Below, one piece after another: positions 1 through 12,121 of a DNA stretch of 64,000 bases. Below the pieces are notes generated by a model. The model saw only the letters and a program-made list of their open reading frames with translations, did no database searches and was not told where the DNA came from. Each line of letters opens with the position of its first letter. Position 1 is the stretch's first letter. The position numbers were made by a program, and so were the translations under genes. The stretch spans positions 49,786,001-49,850,000 of the forward strand of contig NC_135804.1 in assembly GCF_964213995.1 (NCBI RefSeq), in the 5' to 3' direction. Source of the DNA: Mustelus asterias. Lineage: Eukaryota.

Positions 1-639
1 GGTCACACTGGGTTGTTTACCAGACATAAGGGCATCGTGACCCCTTATTTAGGAGGGAGGTATGTGACCCATGTGCCTCCAGCACCTACAGACATGACCG
101 TTGGGTACACACCCAGAGATTGGTGTGGCAGCACCTGATTGGACTCTTATCGATCAGGGTGATCAAGTCCTGATCGATTGATTGGCAATGGCCAAAAGGG
201 GCGTGAAACCCAACGGGGTATAAAGGGTGCTGCGCAACCAGGAATCTCTCTCTCTCTCTCTCTCTTTCGCTCTCGCTCTCTGACCCCATGAACGGGCTAC
301 AACAACGGTGACCTTCACCAGCGACGACCAGCACGAGGAGAGCCACCACACCCGAGAAGGAAGGAAGACCAGAGCCAGAGTGCCAGACCAGACCAAAGGA
401 CCAGACTACGCAGAGGACGACCGAGACCAGTGCACAGATAAAGGCCAATATCTGCTTGGGTACTTCCAGTCACGCAAAGTTAAGGTCTTATATTGGCCTT
501 GAACTTTAGTATTTTCCTGTAAGATAACTTATCGCTGGTTGGGTGGGTGATTATTGATTGTGTGGGTTTAAATAAATATTGGTTGTACTAATAAGACGTC
601 TACTCGTAGTTATTTGTCCACCGTAAAAGGGTTAAAACA
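1..639 (+). mobile_element. LTR-like element (3' part; probable solo LTR)
   Basis: TATAAA near 219, (CT)n tract, AATAAA at 571-576 and a ...AAAACA end at 639. The 5' end is outside the window, so the TSD cannot be checked. Confidence 0.5.
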
Positions 640-1050
640 GACTGTGCGGCAGATAAGAGGCAACAAAAGCATGAGGGAAGCACTAATGATACAAGAAACA
701 TTTATTTAATACCTTTCACCTCAGCACATCCCAAAGAATTCCACAAAAATGAAATTATCTTTGAAAGAATCTGTTTTGCAAGCAAATGCAGTAACCAAGT
801 TGCATATAGCAAGGTCCCACAAAGAGGAATGGGTGGAATAATCAGATAGCTTTTTCTGATGGGAGTGGAGGTGAGAGCTGAAAGGGGCAGTAGGTGAGGG
901 GAGGGAAGGAAAGTGCAAGAAGTTTCAAAGAAATCATGGCTAGGGGAAGAATTCACTTCATTCTCCAGGAAGCGAAGAGTTGTACAAACATTGCTGAACT
1001 TGTGTTTTAATTAGAAGTTCTCCCAACACTCGAGGAGAAGCTGACTACTA

Positions 1051-1330
1051 GGCAGCATGATAACACAGTGGTTAGCACTGCTGCGCCAGGGACCCAGGTT
1101 CGATTCCCAGCTTCAGTCATTGTGTGTGTGGAGTCTGCACGTTCTCCCTGTGTCTGCGTGGGTTTCCTGCAGGTGCTCCGGTTTCCTCCCACATTCTGAA
1201 AGACGGGCTGGTTAGGTGTATTGACTCGAACAGGCACCGGAGTGTGACGACGAGGGGAATTTCACAGTAATTTCATTGCAGTGTTAATGTAAGCCTACTT
1301 GTGACTAATAAATAAACTTTACTTTACTTT
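1051..1330 (+). mobile_element. HE1/V-SINE-like tRNA-derived SINE (tail type B)
   Basis: A/B-box head (CAGTGGTTAGCACTGCTG...GGTTCGATTCCC) and V-domain-like core GGAGTCTGCACGTTCTCCC...GGGTTTCCT...CCGGTTTCCTCCCAC. Tail GGGGAATTTCACAGTAA...GTAAGCCTACTTGTGAC...AATAAATAAACTT. Confidence 0.8.
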
Positions 1331-1660
1331 ATATGTACAAAATATATTTTGCAGTATCTATTTCAGTTTTGCAATATCTATTTCCCTTGCTGGAGTGTCT
1401 AGAACCAGGAGAGAAAGTCTCAGAAAAGGAGGCAGGTCATTTACGACCGAGATGAGAAGGAATTTCTTCACTGAAGAGGGAGCGAATCTTTGGGATTCAC
1501 TGCTCCAGAGGGCTGTGGAGGTTCAGTCATTGAGCATGTTCAAGACAGAAATCAAAAGACTTTTAGATATTAAAGATATTAAGGGATATGGGAGTGCGTG
1601 GGAAAATGGCATTGAGAAACGATATAGTTGAATGGTGGAGCAGGCTCAAGTCTTTCTTTG

Positions 1661-2017
1661 GGGCGGCACGGTGGCACAGTGGTTAGCATTGCTGCCTCAG
1701 TGCCAGGGAGCCAGGTTTGAATCCAGTCTTGAGTGACTGTGTGGAGTTTGCACGTTCTCCCCATGTCTGCGTGGGTTTCCTCCGGGTGCTTTAATTTCCT
1801 CCCACAGGCCAAAGATGTGCAGGTTAGGTAGATTGGCCATGCTAAATTCTCCCTTAGTGTTCCAAGATGTGTAGGTTAGATAGATTAGCCACAGTCAATG
1901 TGTGGGGTTACAGGGATATGGTGGGACAGAGGGCCTGTGTAAGATACTCTGTCAAGGTTGGTGCAGACTCAATGGGCCAAATGGCCTCCTTCTGCACTAT
2001 AGGGATTCTATGATTCA
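1661..2017 (+). mobile_element. HE1/V-SINE-like SINE (CR1-type tail A)
   Basis: Same head and core as 1051-1330. Ends GGGCCAAATGGCCTCCTTCTGCACTATAGGGATTCTATGA, resembling a CR1 3' end. Confidence 0.8.
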
Positions 2018-2045
2018 AAGGGGCTGAATGGCTTTCTCCTCCCGT

Positions 2046-2500
2046 TGCCTGGTCTCAAGGGTGTTGGCTATAAGGAGAGGCTGAATAAACTAGGATTGTT
2101 TTCACTGGAAAGATGGAGGCTGAGGGGAGACCTGATAGAGGTCTACAAAATTATGAGAGGCATAGACAGGGTAGATAGTCGGAGGCTTTTTCCAAGAGTA
2201 GAAGTGTTAATTACAAGGGGGCACAAGTTCGAGGTGAGAGGGGGAAAGTTTAAGGGAGATGTTTTTCACGCAGAGAGTGGTGGGTGCCTGGATCGTGCTG
2301 CCAGAGGATGTGGTGGAAACAGGCACATTAGCAACATTTAAAAGACATCTGGATGGGTACATGAATAGGGAGAAAATAGAGGGATACAGACAGAGTAAGG
2401 GCAGAAGGTTTTTTGTTTGTTTAGTTAGGGCATCGTGATCGGCACAGGCTTGGAGAACCGAAGGGCCTGTTCCTATGCTGTACTTTTCTTTGTTCTTATT
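2046..2500 (+). mobile_element. CR1 LINE 3' fragment (ORF2 C-terminus)
   Basis: Translation LGLFSLERWRLRGDLIEVYKIMRG is the CR1 ORF2 C-terminal motif, followed by a TTCTTTG-type tail. Confidence 0.85.
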
Positions 2501-2702
2501 TCTTATGTTCCTAATACAGGTTTCACCAGATCTTGGCTGGGAAAACTATCTTGGGAATCCCACTTCTGTCCCACAGTGACAAATAGTGTTCCCAGCTATT
2601 ACAGAGAACTGATATAAACATTCTTTTACTGCTTTTAAAACTTTATCATCAAGTCATAAGAAGATTTGAGAAGCTGAAGGATGGATAGTGCTGTGGGTGG
2701 AG

Positions 2703-3082
2703 CTTGAGGGGTGACCTGATAGAAGTCTACAAGATTATGAGGGGCATGGACAGAGTGGATAGTCAGAAGTTTTTTCCCAGGGTGGAAGAGTCAATTACTA
2801 GGGGGCATAGGTTTAAGGTGCCAGGGGCAAGGTTTAAAAGAGATGTACGAGGCAAGTTTTTTTTTTACACAGAGGGTGGTGGGTGCCTGGAAATTGCTGC
2901 TGGGGGAGGTAGTGGAAGCGGATACAATAGTGGCTTTTAAGAGGCGCTGGACAAATACATGAATAGGATGGGAATAGTGGGAGATGGTCCCCGGAAGGAT
3001 AGGGGGTTTTAGTTCAGCCGGGCAGCATAGTCGGTGCAGGCTTGGAGGGCCGAAGGGCCTGTTCTAATTTTCTTTGTTCTTT
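2703..3082 (+). mobile_element. CR1 LINE 3' fragment
   Basis: RGDLIEVYKIMRGMDRVDSQK. Nearly the same subfamily as the copy at 58627-59458. Confidence 0.85.
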
Positions 3083-4665
3083 GATAACTCCACTGGAGAC
3101 AAAATCGGGAGATCTCAGGGGTAATGTGCTACTGCGTTGTCTATTTGAAGTCTATTTGAAATGGGTAAGGCATAGATAAGTAAATTAATAGAATGAATAA
3201 TCAAGTTGAAATATGGCAGACTGGCCAAAATGGCTCAAGAGGAAAGTGTTAAATGAATTAAGTGTCACATTTCTGTCAGGAAAGCACTTGAGCCTTTAAT
3301 TGCCCTCGGGGTGTGTGCCCAAGCAGGATATACTCCAAGTTACCATAAGCAACAGCATGGGCTGTAGAAAGGTTTTCAGCATTGAGTACTATAATAATGT
3401 ATCTTGAAGCAATCAGCAACTCAGCATGGAACTGCCCAACTGAATCCATGGGAAAATTAATAAGAGCTAAATTGATAAAAATCATAAAATAACTCATCCA
3501 ACACTCAATATGCACAAAGTGGTCTTGTCCAGGTGCTTACTGTTCACTCAGATGCACTAGTGCACAACATTTCAGTCATATAGTTGTGATAAGATTTAAC
3601 TTCACCAGAGGGAATTCTACTGCCTCACAAGGCTCCAAATCTTACTACTCCCAGAGTAAGTTTTAAATAATCCCAGATCAATAATTCCAGATGTGCTATG
3701 ACAGATGATGCAGAGCAACGTGTTTCTTAACCATTATGCTCAGTTCAGTGAAATCCCTGCAATAACTGTTGCTGTATTCTCCCAAGGCAAAGAAATACGT
3801 TCTCCATAATTCAAAGCAATAAAGTCTTCCAAACTACTTACGCAACACTAAGAAGTCAATAGACAGTTCCATATATTTAGCTGGCAAATTTACAGGATTA
3901 CACCAAATAGTTTTTAAACAAAAAGTTGCACTGCACCATCAAACTTTCCTTGCAAATGATACCGTGCTGTAATTCTAATATGTCACCAATATTTACATAC
4001 ACACATACAAATTAGGAGTAGGCCAGCTGGCCCCTCAAGTCTACTCCATGGTAAGGTCATGGCTGATCGGGTTGTGGCCTCAACTCCATATTCTGCCTAC
4101 CCCCAATAATCTTTGACTCCTTTGTTAGTCAAGAATCTATCTACCTCTGCCTTAAAAATATTCAGTGGCTCTGCCTCCACCACTCTCTGGGAAAGATAGT
4201 TCCAAACATTCATGGCCTTCTGAGAAAAAAATTCTTCTAATCTCCATCTTAAAAAGGAGACCCCTTATTTTTAAACTGTGTCCCTTTGGCCCACAGGGGG
4301 AAACATCCTTTCAGCGTCCACCCTGTCAAGTCCCTCAGGATCTTATGTGATTTAATAAAATCAGCTCTCAATTCAATCCATTTGTGCATTCCCATCCACC
4401 CTACCGAACATACTTTGCCCCACCAATGTAATCATTATTTTGGATACTGAAAACTCTCTCAAAACAACAATGACTGAATGACCATTCTTTTATCAGTGTT
4501 GCTTGAGGGAAATCCATCTGCTGATTTTTACATCCTGAATTTTCTCTTTATACTTCCTTCCAGCAAATTAAAACAGCAATCAAGAATGACATTCAAACTG
4601 ATTTCATTCTGAAACATGTCTGGCCCTGAACCTAAAATAACTTCAATGATTTTCCCTATGTCTAC

Positions 4666-5251
4666 TGTAAGGGGAAAAACGTAAGGAAAGCACACTTTAA
4701 AATAACTCCCGTTATTTTAAAGAGTTAACTGGGAAAGGAAGCATAAAACAGACACCGGCTTCCACTTAGACAAAGATCACCTGAAATCAAACCCAACAGA
4801 CAAGCCATTTAGATTCACAGACAGTGATTTAAAGTTAACAAACACCTCAGGAAGCCAGCCAAGGATCGAGACATCTTTTAGATAAGGGAAAACCCGAGAC
4901 AAAGGGAGTAGACTAGTCATAGAAAGAACGGGAAAATATGAATGCAGGAAAACCAATTAGCACCTGAATGAGCCGAAACCAACCATTGATAGCCACAGAC
5001 ATAGGAAATGTACCCATTCATAAGAACAATACTATGTTAAATGTTTGTATCTGCCTATAACATGTGATAAAGTTCAAATCTCCGGTCCATCTATTGTGTA
5101 AAAAGTATAAAGATGGACCGTTCCCGTCATTTTACTGAGAGAAGGTTTGCTACAGCCTTGTCTCCACGGAGCTCCGTTGAATAAACTGTATTTTGGAACC
5201 TTGAGATCTGACTACGAGTGGATTTTTCCCACAACAAATAATCCCACAACA
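4666..5251 (+). mobile_element. Solo LTR with 5-bp TSD (TCTAC)
   Basis: TG...CA termini, with TCTAC at 4661-4665 and 5252-5256. Internal TATAAA (~5106) and AATAAA (~5180). The terminal TCCCACAACA is duplicated. Confidence 0.75.
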
Positions 5252-5263
5252 TCTACATTAAAT

Positions 5264-5350
5264 TAGGTTAAAGTCCAACAGGTTTATTTGGTATCACGAG
5301 CTTTCGAAGCGCTGCTCCTTCATCACCTGATGAATGAGGGAACAGCACTT
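5264..5350 (-). mobile_element. Penelope-derived pLTR fragment with degenerate hammerhead motif
   Basis: AGGTTAAAGTCCAACAGGTTTATTTGGTA... is shared with the elements at 32041, 40073 and 45488. Confidence 0.65.
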
Positions 5351-7265
5351 GGTGTGAGTTGGACCAGGGTAGTAGAGTTATGGATGAGGTCAAGTTTATG
5401 GAAATATTGGAACTACATAAAAATAATCTTAAAAGAGTCAGCACATCAGTACACCTCCAATGATACGTGGCAGAAGAAAACAAACAATTGAAAGTTGACA
5501 TAAACATTGTGAATATAGAGTTAAGAGGCTCAAAATATTTTATGGCTCATACTTTAAGTCAGAAGGACAGAACATTAACTTTTAATTCAGGCACAATGAC
5601 ATACCTTAAGTGCATAATAAGCTTGGGAAAGGTTGCAGAACACCAATTTATTTACCCTAAGATAAAGATCAACAAAACTGGTCTTTCTTTAAAATCAAGG
5701 CTAAAACTCAGGTTAACCAGCGAACTGCACTAATAACATGGAGGTAGTGAGTCAGCACACAGATAATCCTATTTTTAAAAAATCAACACAGTTTCTATCA
5801 CTTCCCATGAGTTTATTTAACTGTAGGAAATGCAAAGCATCTATGTTAGTGCTCATCTTTTTCTGACAGGGCTGAGAATGCAATAGGAACAGGCCTTATG
5901 TTCTCAAAATGCACAATTCACTAAATAATTCCAACTAATTTCTCATTCTAATCTTTAGTATTTTTAAGCTAAATTTCCCCTACTTTTCAATGTGCAGCAC
6001 AAATAGTGTGAAAACAAAGATCATACTGAATGAGATTAAAGCACATTAGATTGGAGCCTGAGACGATTAGAAGCTAGCCTTTATATAGAAACCAAGGAAC
6101 ATGAGTTGGCAATTTAGTCCCTAGAGTCTATTCCACCATTCAACGACATCACAGTTAATCTGTCCCCTAACTCCATATTCAAGCCCATCTTTGCTCCATA
6201 TCTCTTAATACCTTTTGTTAACACAAATCAATCAAATTGAGATTTAAAATTAACTGACCTGACAACAATTGTTGTTTGCGCAAGTTCCAAACTTCTACCC
6301 CTCTGTGCGTGAAGTGCTTCCTTACTCCACTCCTGAAAGGCAGACAATGTCCCTTTTCCAAGACCAATGGAACTAGTTTCTCCATCTATCCAATTTGATC
6401 CCTTAATATTTTAAACTTTGACTAAATAGGTCCTTAACTGTCCAAATTCCAGGGAATCAGGTAATGCTATCTTTGTGTAATCTCTCGTTGTATTTTAATC
6501 CTTGGAGCTCAGGTATCAATTTTGTTCATTTACACTGCACCCTTCAAAGCCAGTATACCACTTGCCACAGTCCCAGTCTAGCAGCTATGCCCTTTATATC
6601 CCAGTCAGCTCAGTCTGTGGTGATACTCGGTGTTGAACTTTTAAGTCCCCCACCCAGAGTACATTCTGCAGCCTTGCCACCCTCAGTGCTTCCTTTGTGG
6701 TGTTCAACATAGAGGAGTACTGATTCATCAGCTAACAGTACACGGTAATCAGCAGGAGATTTCCTTGCCCACGTTTGACCTGCTGTATGAGATTTCATGG
6801 GGTCCAGAGTCGATGTTCAGCACTCCCAGGACAACTCCCTCCCAACTATATACCACTGTGCTGCCACCTCGGCTGGGTCTGTCCTGCTGGTGACACAGGA
6901 CATACCTAGAAATGGTGATGATGGTGCATGATTTAGTGAGTATGACTATGTCAGGCTGTCGGTTAACTAGTCTGAGAGACAGATCTCTGTACCAAAATTG
7001 GGAGAGCTGTAGGGTGTTTCTCTGAGGAACAGTGGAACCTCTCCCTGTGCTTCCAGGCAAGGTATTTGTAAAACCATCCAGAGGTTGATTACCATTTCCG
7101 GTAAAGACAAAGGAACATAATGACTAGCTCAACTCAAAGACCATGGGTATAACTGCCAATAATAATTCCTAGGTCTCTGGTTGGAATATACATAGGAGGA
7201 GGTCAAAAGCCTGCTTGCTACCAGCCTGTGGTGTGTGTGTCTGTCTGTCAGTCCGTGTGTGTGCT

Positions 7266-7510
7266 GTGGCAGGAGTGAAACCATGATTACTTGGCAGGGG
7301 TGTGCCTCTCGGCCTTTTGGCTAAGACCATGCATCAGATCAAGCCCAAGATGGCGGCGCAAAGACTTTTCTTGTCAACTTGGATCTTGTATGTCTCTCTT
7401 GCACGGATCATGAATTGGATTCAATTTGAATTTGAATTGGTTTTTGGTGCAAGCAAGGAGATGGATTCAGGTCTGCCTGGTCCACTCTGTGCATTGGCTT
7501 TGCAACTTTA
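7266..7510 (+). mobile_element. U2 snRNA-derived element with U1-like head (SINEU-like), copy 1
   Basis: CTCGGCCTTTTGGCTAAGA matches the U2 5' stem-loop. Later GGTTTTTGG...GGAGATGGA...GTCCACTC follows the U2 Sm site and 3' domain. Upstream TGGCAGGAGTGAAACCATGATTAC-TTGGCAGGGG resembles the U1 5' end. The GTAGTA branch-pairing motif is absent. Confidence 0.65.
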
Positions 7511-8177
7511 AGAAACAGCAGCTGGAAGTTTGCCACACTGAGGTTGATACAGTAACTGAAGCAGGGCCCCTGCAAAATAGTCAGCTTTTACAGGAACACC
7601 TAAAACTCTCCCTTTGACTGAGGGAGTCAGTCAGCGAAAGGCCGCAGCTGGAAGAAGAACTGAAATCTCTCCACCAAACCACAGAATACCTGAACAAACG
7701 AATCAATTGTTTGCAGAAGTCAACTACTGGAATCAATCTGTATTGGCTACAATGTTCATCATCTATTCCCCACAATTCAAGGACTGTTCTGTATAACTTT
7801 AAAAAAATATTATGCACTATTGAACTCAATTCTGACTTCTCTGTATGAATACAGGTGTGTGTGCGTTATCCTTTCTCCTTAACCTTTCGGTAATTAATAA
7901 ATTTACTCCATCTTAACTCCAGAAAGCCTGGAATTAAATTGGCTCATTTTTAAACATAACTATTGGGTCTGGAAATGGTGTCCAAGGGAAAGGGAACCTT
8001 GTTAGATTAAACCTTTGTTGCTACTAGCAGAGGCTGGGTTGAATAAAGACACAGAGCCAGTCTTCCCTCTTCACCGAGGTTCATAATTTGGGGATATCCC
8101 AGCTGGACAGTGACAAATTGAGGGGTCTTGCCCAGATCAACAACTCTGGGGAACCTCACCCGGGGCTGGTTATAACA
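7511..8177 (+). mobile_element. LTR-like remnant hosting the U2-derived element
   Basis: AATAAA motifs and LTR-like end sequences (...GGTTCATAATTTGGGG, ...GGTTATAACA). No TSD identified. Confidence 0.4.
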
Positions 8178-11100
8178 AGACGGAATTCCAGAGATTAAAG
8201 TGAAGACAGTTGTGTTGCCAATGGTGGAGTGATTGAAATCAGAAATGTGCAAGATGACAATTGGAGGAATGCAGTAATTGAGAAGATTTCTAGGGCTGGA
8301 GGAAGATACAGAGATGGGGAAAGGGGCATGAAGCCATGGAGAGATTTGAAAACAGGTATGAGAATTTTTAAATTGAGATGCGATCTGACCAGAACCCAGT
8401 GAAGTTCAGCAAATATGGTGATGGGCAACCAGGACATGGTGTAAAGTTTAGATTTGGATGAACTCAAGGTTTTGTAGGGTGAAGATGGGAAGCTGACCAG
8501 GAGTGTATTGGAATAGTCAGAGCTGGGGGTAATAAAGGCATGGATGTGGATTTCAGCAGTAAATCAAATAAGATTAGGTTGATGAGGTTATCGAGGTGAA
8601 CACATTTCTGATATGCAGCAGGTAACATTTGAGATTGTTGAATCTGCAGCCACCTGCGAGGATTTCCTTACACACCTTAATATGCTCCGTCCCCCACTCA
8701 TTCACTTCTGAGGTGGAGCAGTCTAATGAATTTTTAAAAAGTTGTTATTTATTAATGTCACAAGTGGGCTTACATTAACACTGTAATGAAGTTATTATGA
8801 AAATCCCCTAGTTGCCACACTCCAGAGCCTTTTTGGGTACACTGAGGGAGAATTTAGCATGGGCAATGCACTTAACCAGCAAGTCATTTGGACTAATTAG
8901 CTCCCTTTCATTGACATGTTCGTTAAAAAAAATCCACTAATGGGTTCTCCATTGCTGTCTACCACAAGCCTACCTTCACAAGTCAATACACACTTTGGGA
9001 TTTGTATAATTCCATGCGTTATAAGATTGGCCTTACCAGCAATTTTGTAAATGGGGTCTGAGCCATTTTCTCACCACCATGATTAAACTGACTGGCCTGT
9101 AATTGCTGGGCTTATCTTTACACCCTTTTCTGTCCAGAAATCTTCCTTGGCTGGTTTAATAATAAGATTGCCAGTTCAATTCTTGTACATGAGTACAAAG
9201 GCTCAGAAGAGGACCCTTCCACCACCACCAAAGTAACATTTCACTTGGTACAAAATATTCCCCTCATAAACCAGCCTCTTCAAAGGAGAAAATTTAAAAA
9301 TGACATTTACTGGTATTACTTGATTGAGAATTTGTGTTAACAATACTGCCAAATTCAAAAACTTCAGTGCTACATTTTAGCTTATAAACTCAAGTTGAAA
9401 CTTATTTTTCTGCCTAGTTGTGCCTAAGATTTCAATAACACACACTTCTGCCAGGGCCCATTTAATTTGTGTGTGAACAGCTTTGTTTACTCAAGGAAAT
9501 CACAGTGCCTTTCCTTCACATGGAATTCATCCCACTACTCCACAGCAACACCCCCAGGCAACTGTCAAGAGCACTGACACCAAGGCTCACTCTTCTCAGT
9601 TTCTAAAAAGAAAGGCTTTTCTTGAGTCCGTGTTCTATATTTAAAAACCCAGCTGTTTTCATTTTGTTTTATTCGTACACTTTCTTCGTTGAATTGCTTA
9701 TTAAACTCCATTTCCCCTGCCACTAAAGACATACAGGTAATCTGCTCCCAGTCGCCTAATACCAGCCTTGAGGGACTCACGCTTCAATCAGCCTCTCTCT
9801 ACTTCTTTGTTTGAATCAGGAGCACACTGCAGGAAATCATAACCAAAATGGCCTGGTCAAAAAGCTCACTTCTTGCTCAGTCACATTGTACAATCACTGG
9901 ATACGGAACATTTTCTCTATGGTACAAGACTAAGTTGACGATAGCATTATATCACAGACTTTCCAATGAACTTTGAAAACTTTAGCTAAAGCAGAAGTAT
10001 TTCTGCTTTTGTATTCATCCTGAAATATAAAACTTGAATCCACACGAGGAACAATACTAGATAGAGTACAGGCAAAAGAAATGTGTGTGGGGCTATAGAT
10101 ATTCTATCACCATGTCCATCGTCAGCAGATACCCAATCTTCCAGTCAAAGCTCAATTTGCAGTTAATTGAATAACCATTTTACATAATTCACATATACTC
10201 CAACCCAAAATTAAATAAGACTAGTCTTTTTACTGTTTAACGATTATTTCTGTAATTATCTTTCTGCATCCATGAGTTATGAGCCAGTGGTAGTAAAATT
10301 TACAAAAACAGAAAATGCTGGAGAAACTCAGCAGGTCCGACAGCATTTGGGGAGAGAGAATAGAGCCAACATTTTGAGTCAGAGTAACCCTTCATCAGAG
10401 CTGAAGGCAAAGAAAATCAGACAAGATTTACAGTAAGTAAAAGTAATCTTGGAATCGAGGAAGTAAATGTGTTTTTAAAGAAATTATATGGAGTCAGAAC
10501 ATTAACTCTATTTCTCTCTCCACAGATGCTGCCAGATCTTCGGGGTTTTTGCAGCATTTTCTGTTTTTATTTCAGAATCCAAAGTATTTTGCTTTTATTA
10601 AGAGAGGAATCTGTTCTTTTGTCTTTGTTTATTCACAACATGAGGTGAAGTGATCAAGAACTTGCCCAATGCGTCAAGATTGCAAATCTCCAATACTCCA
10701 CGGTGCACTAACCAATATTTGTAGAGATTTATACAGTGTAAGAATAGAGGATCCTAGGAATATATCATGATTTTGCTGGGGAGCAGAAAATAAACAAATG
10801 GACACAAATAATAACATGTTGACTTATACATGATAAAACTTTTGCAGTTATTTTCCAAAGGCCAAACCTGATAATCTTGCCATATATCATGTTTAGTTGC
10901 TTCTATGCACAATTATGTCACAAAATACAGAAACAGCCAAACATGTAAAACCACAATTAGCTGAAAAAGATAGCTTATAATTTATAGTTCAAATATAATC
11001 CCCAATGATCAGCACTTTTAAAATAAGAAAAATATTCAAAATTATGCATTCACAAGCACTACTTTAGTGCAAAAATCTAATCCTATGGGCATCATAAAAC

Positions 11101-11250
11101 ATTGCATTTTAATGACTGGCTTGCCAACCAGCACAAGTATCCATATACCACTTGATGCATTCAACACTTCATTTTGACGATTAGTCTCAGTAATGCTCAC
11201 TACTCCAGCGAAAGCAATAAGCAGTAAAAAAATCCCAGGACGTTAAGCTA

Positions 11251-12121
11251 AGAGTCATAGAGTCATAGAGGTTTACAGCATGGAAACAGGCCCTTTGGCC
11301 CAACTAGTCCATGCCGCCCTTTTTTAAAAAAAACCCGTAAACTAATCCCAATTGCCCGCAATTGGCCCATATCCCTCTATACCCATCGTACCCATGTAAA
11401 TATCTAAATGCTTTTTAAAAGACAAAATTGTACCCACCTCTACTATCTCTGGCAGCTTGTTCCAGATACTCACCATCCTCTGTGTGAAAAAATTGCCCCT
11501 CTGGACACTTTTATATCTCTCCCCTCTCACCTTAAACTTATGCCCTCTAGTTTTAGACTCCCCTACCTTTGGGAAAAGATATTGACTATCTAGCTGATCT
11601 GTGCCCCTCATTATTTTATAGACCTCTATAAGATCACCCCTCAGCCTCCTACGCTCCAGAGAAAAAAGTCCCAGTCTATCCAGCCTCTCCTCATAACTCA
11701 ATCCATCAAGTCCCGGTAGCATCCTAGTAAATCTTTTCTGCACTCTTTCTAGTTTAATAATATCCTTTCTATAATAGGGTGACCAGAATTGCACACAGTA
11801 TTCCAAGTGTGGCCTTACCAATGTCTTGTACAACTTCAACAAGACATTCCAACTCCTGTATTCAATGTTCTGACCGATGAAACCAAGCATGCCGAATGCC
11901 TTCTTCACCACTCTGTCCACCTGTGACTCCACTTTCAAGGAGCTATGAACATGTACCCCTAGATCTCTTTGTTCTGTAACTCTCCCCAGTGCCCTACCAT
12001 TAACTGAGTAAGTCCTGCCCTGGTTCAATCTACCAAAATGCATCACCTCGCATTTGTCTAAATTAAAGTCCATCTGCCATTCGTCAGCCCACTGGCCCAA
12101 TTGATCAAGATTCCGTTGCAA
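11251..12121 (-). mobile_element. CR1 LINE, 5'-truncated, uninterrupted ORF2 C-terminus (259 aa)
   Basis: WQMDFNLDKCEVMHFG...LVRPHLEYCVQFWSP...LFSLERRRLRGDL, with a (CTATGACT)n tail. Confidence 0.9.

Noticed and set aside
1661-1740. tRNA genes at SINE heads (also 17130 and 25440)
   Set aside because: They have A/B boxes only, no intact cloverleaf, and continue into SINE bodies.
7305-7510. Functional U2 snRNA gene
   Set aside because: The branch-point pairing GTAGTA is missing, there are insertions, and no recognisable snRNA promoter is present.
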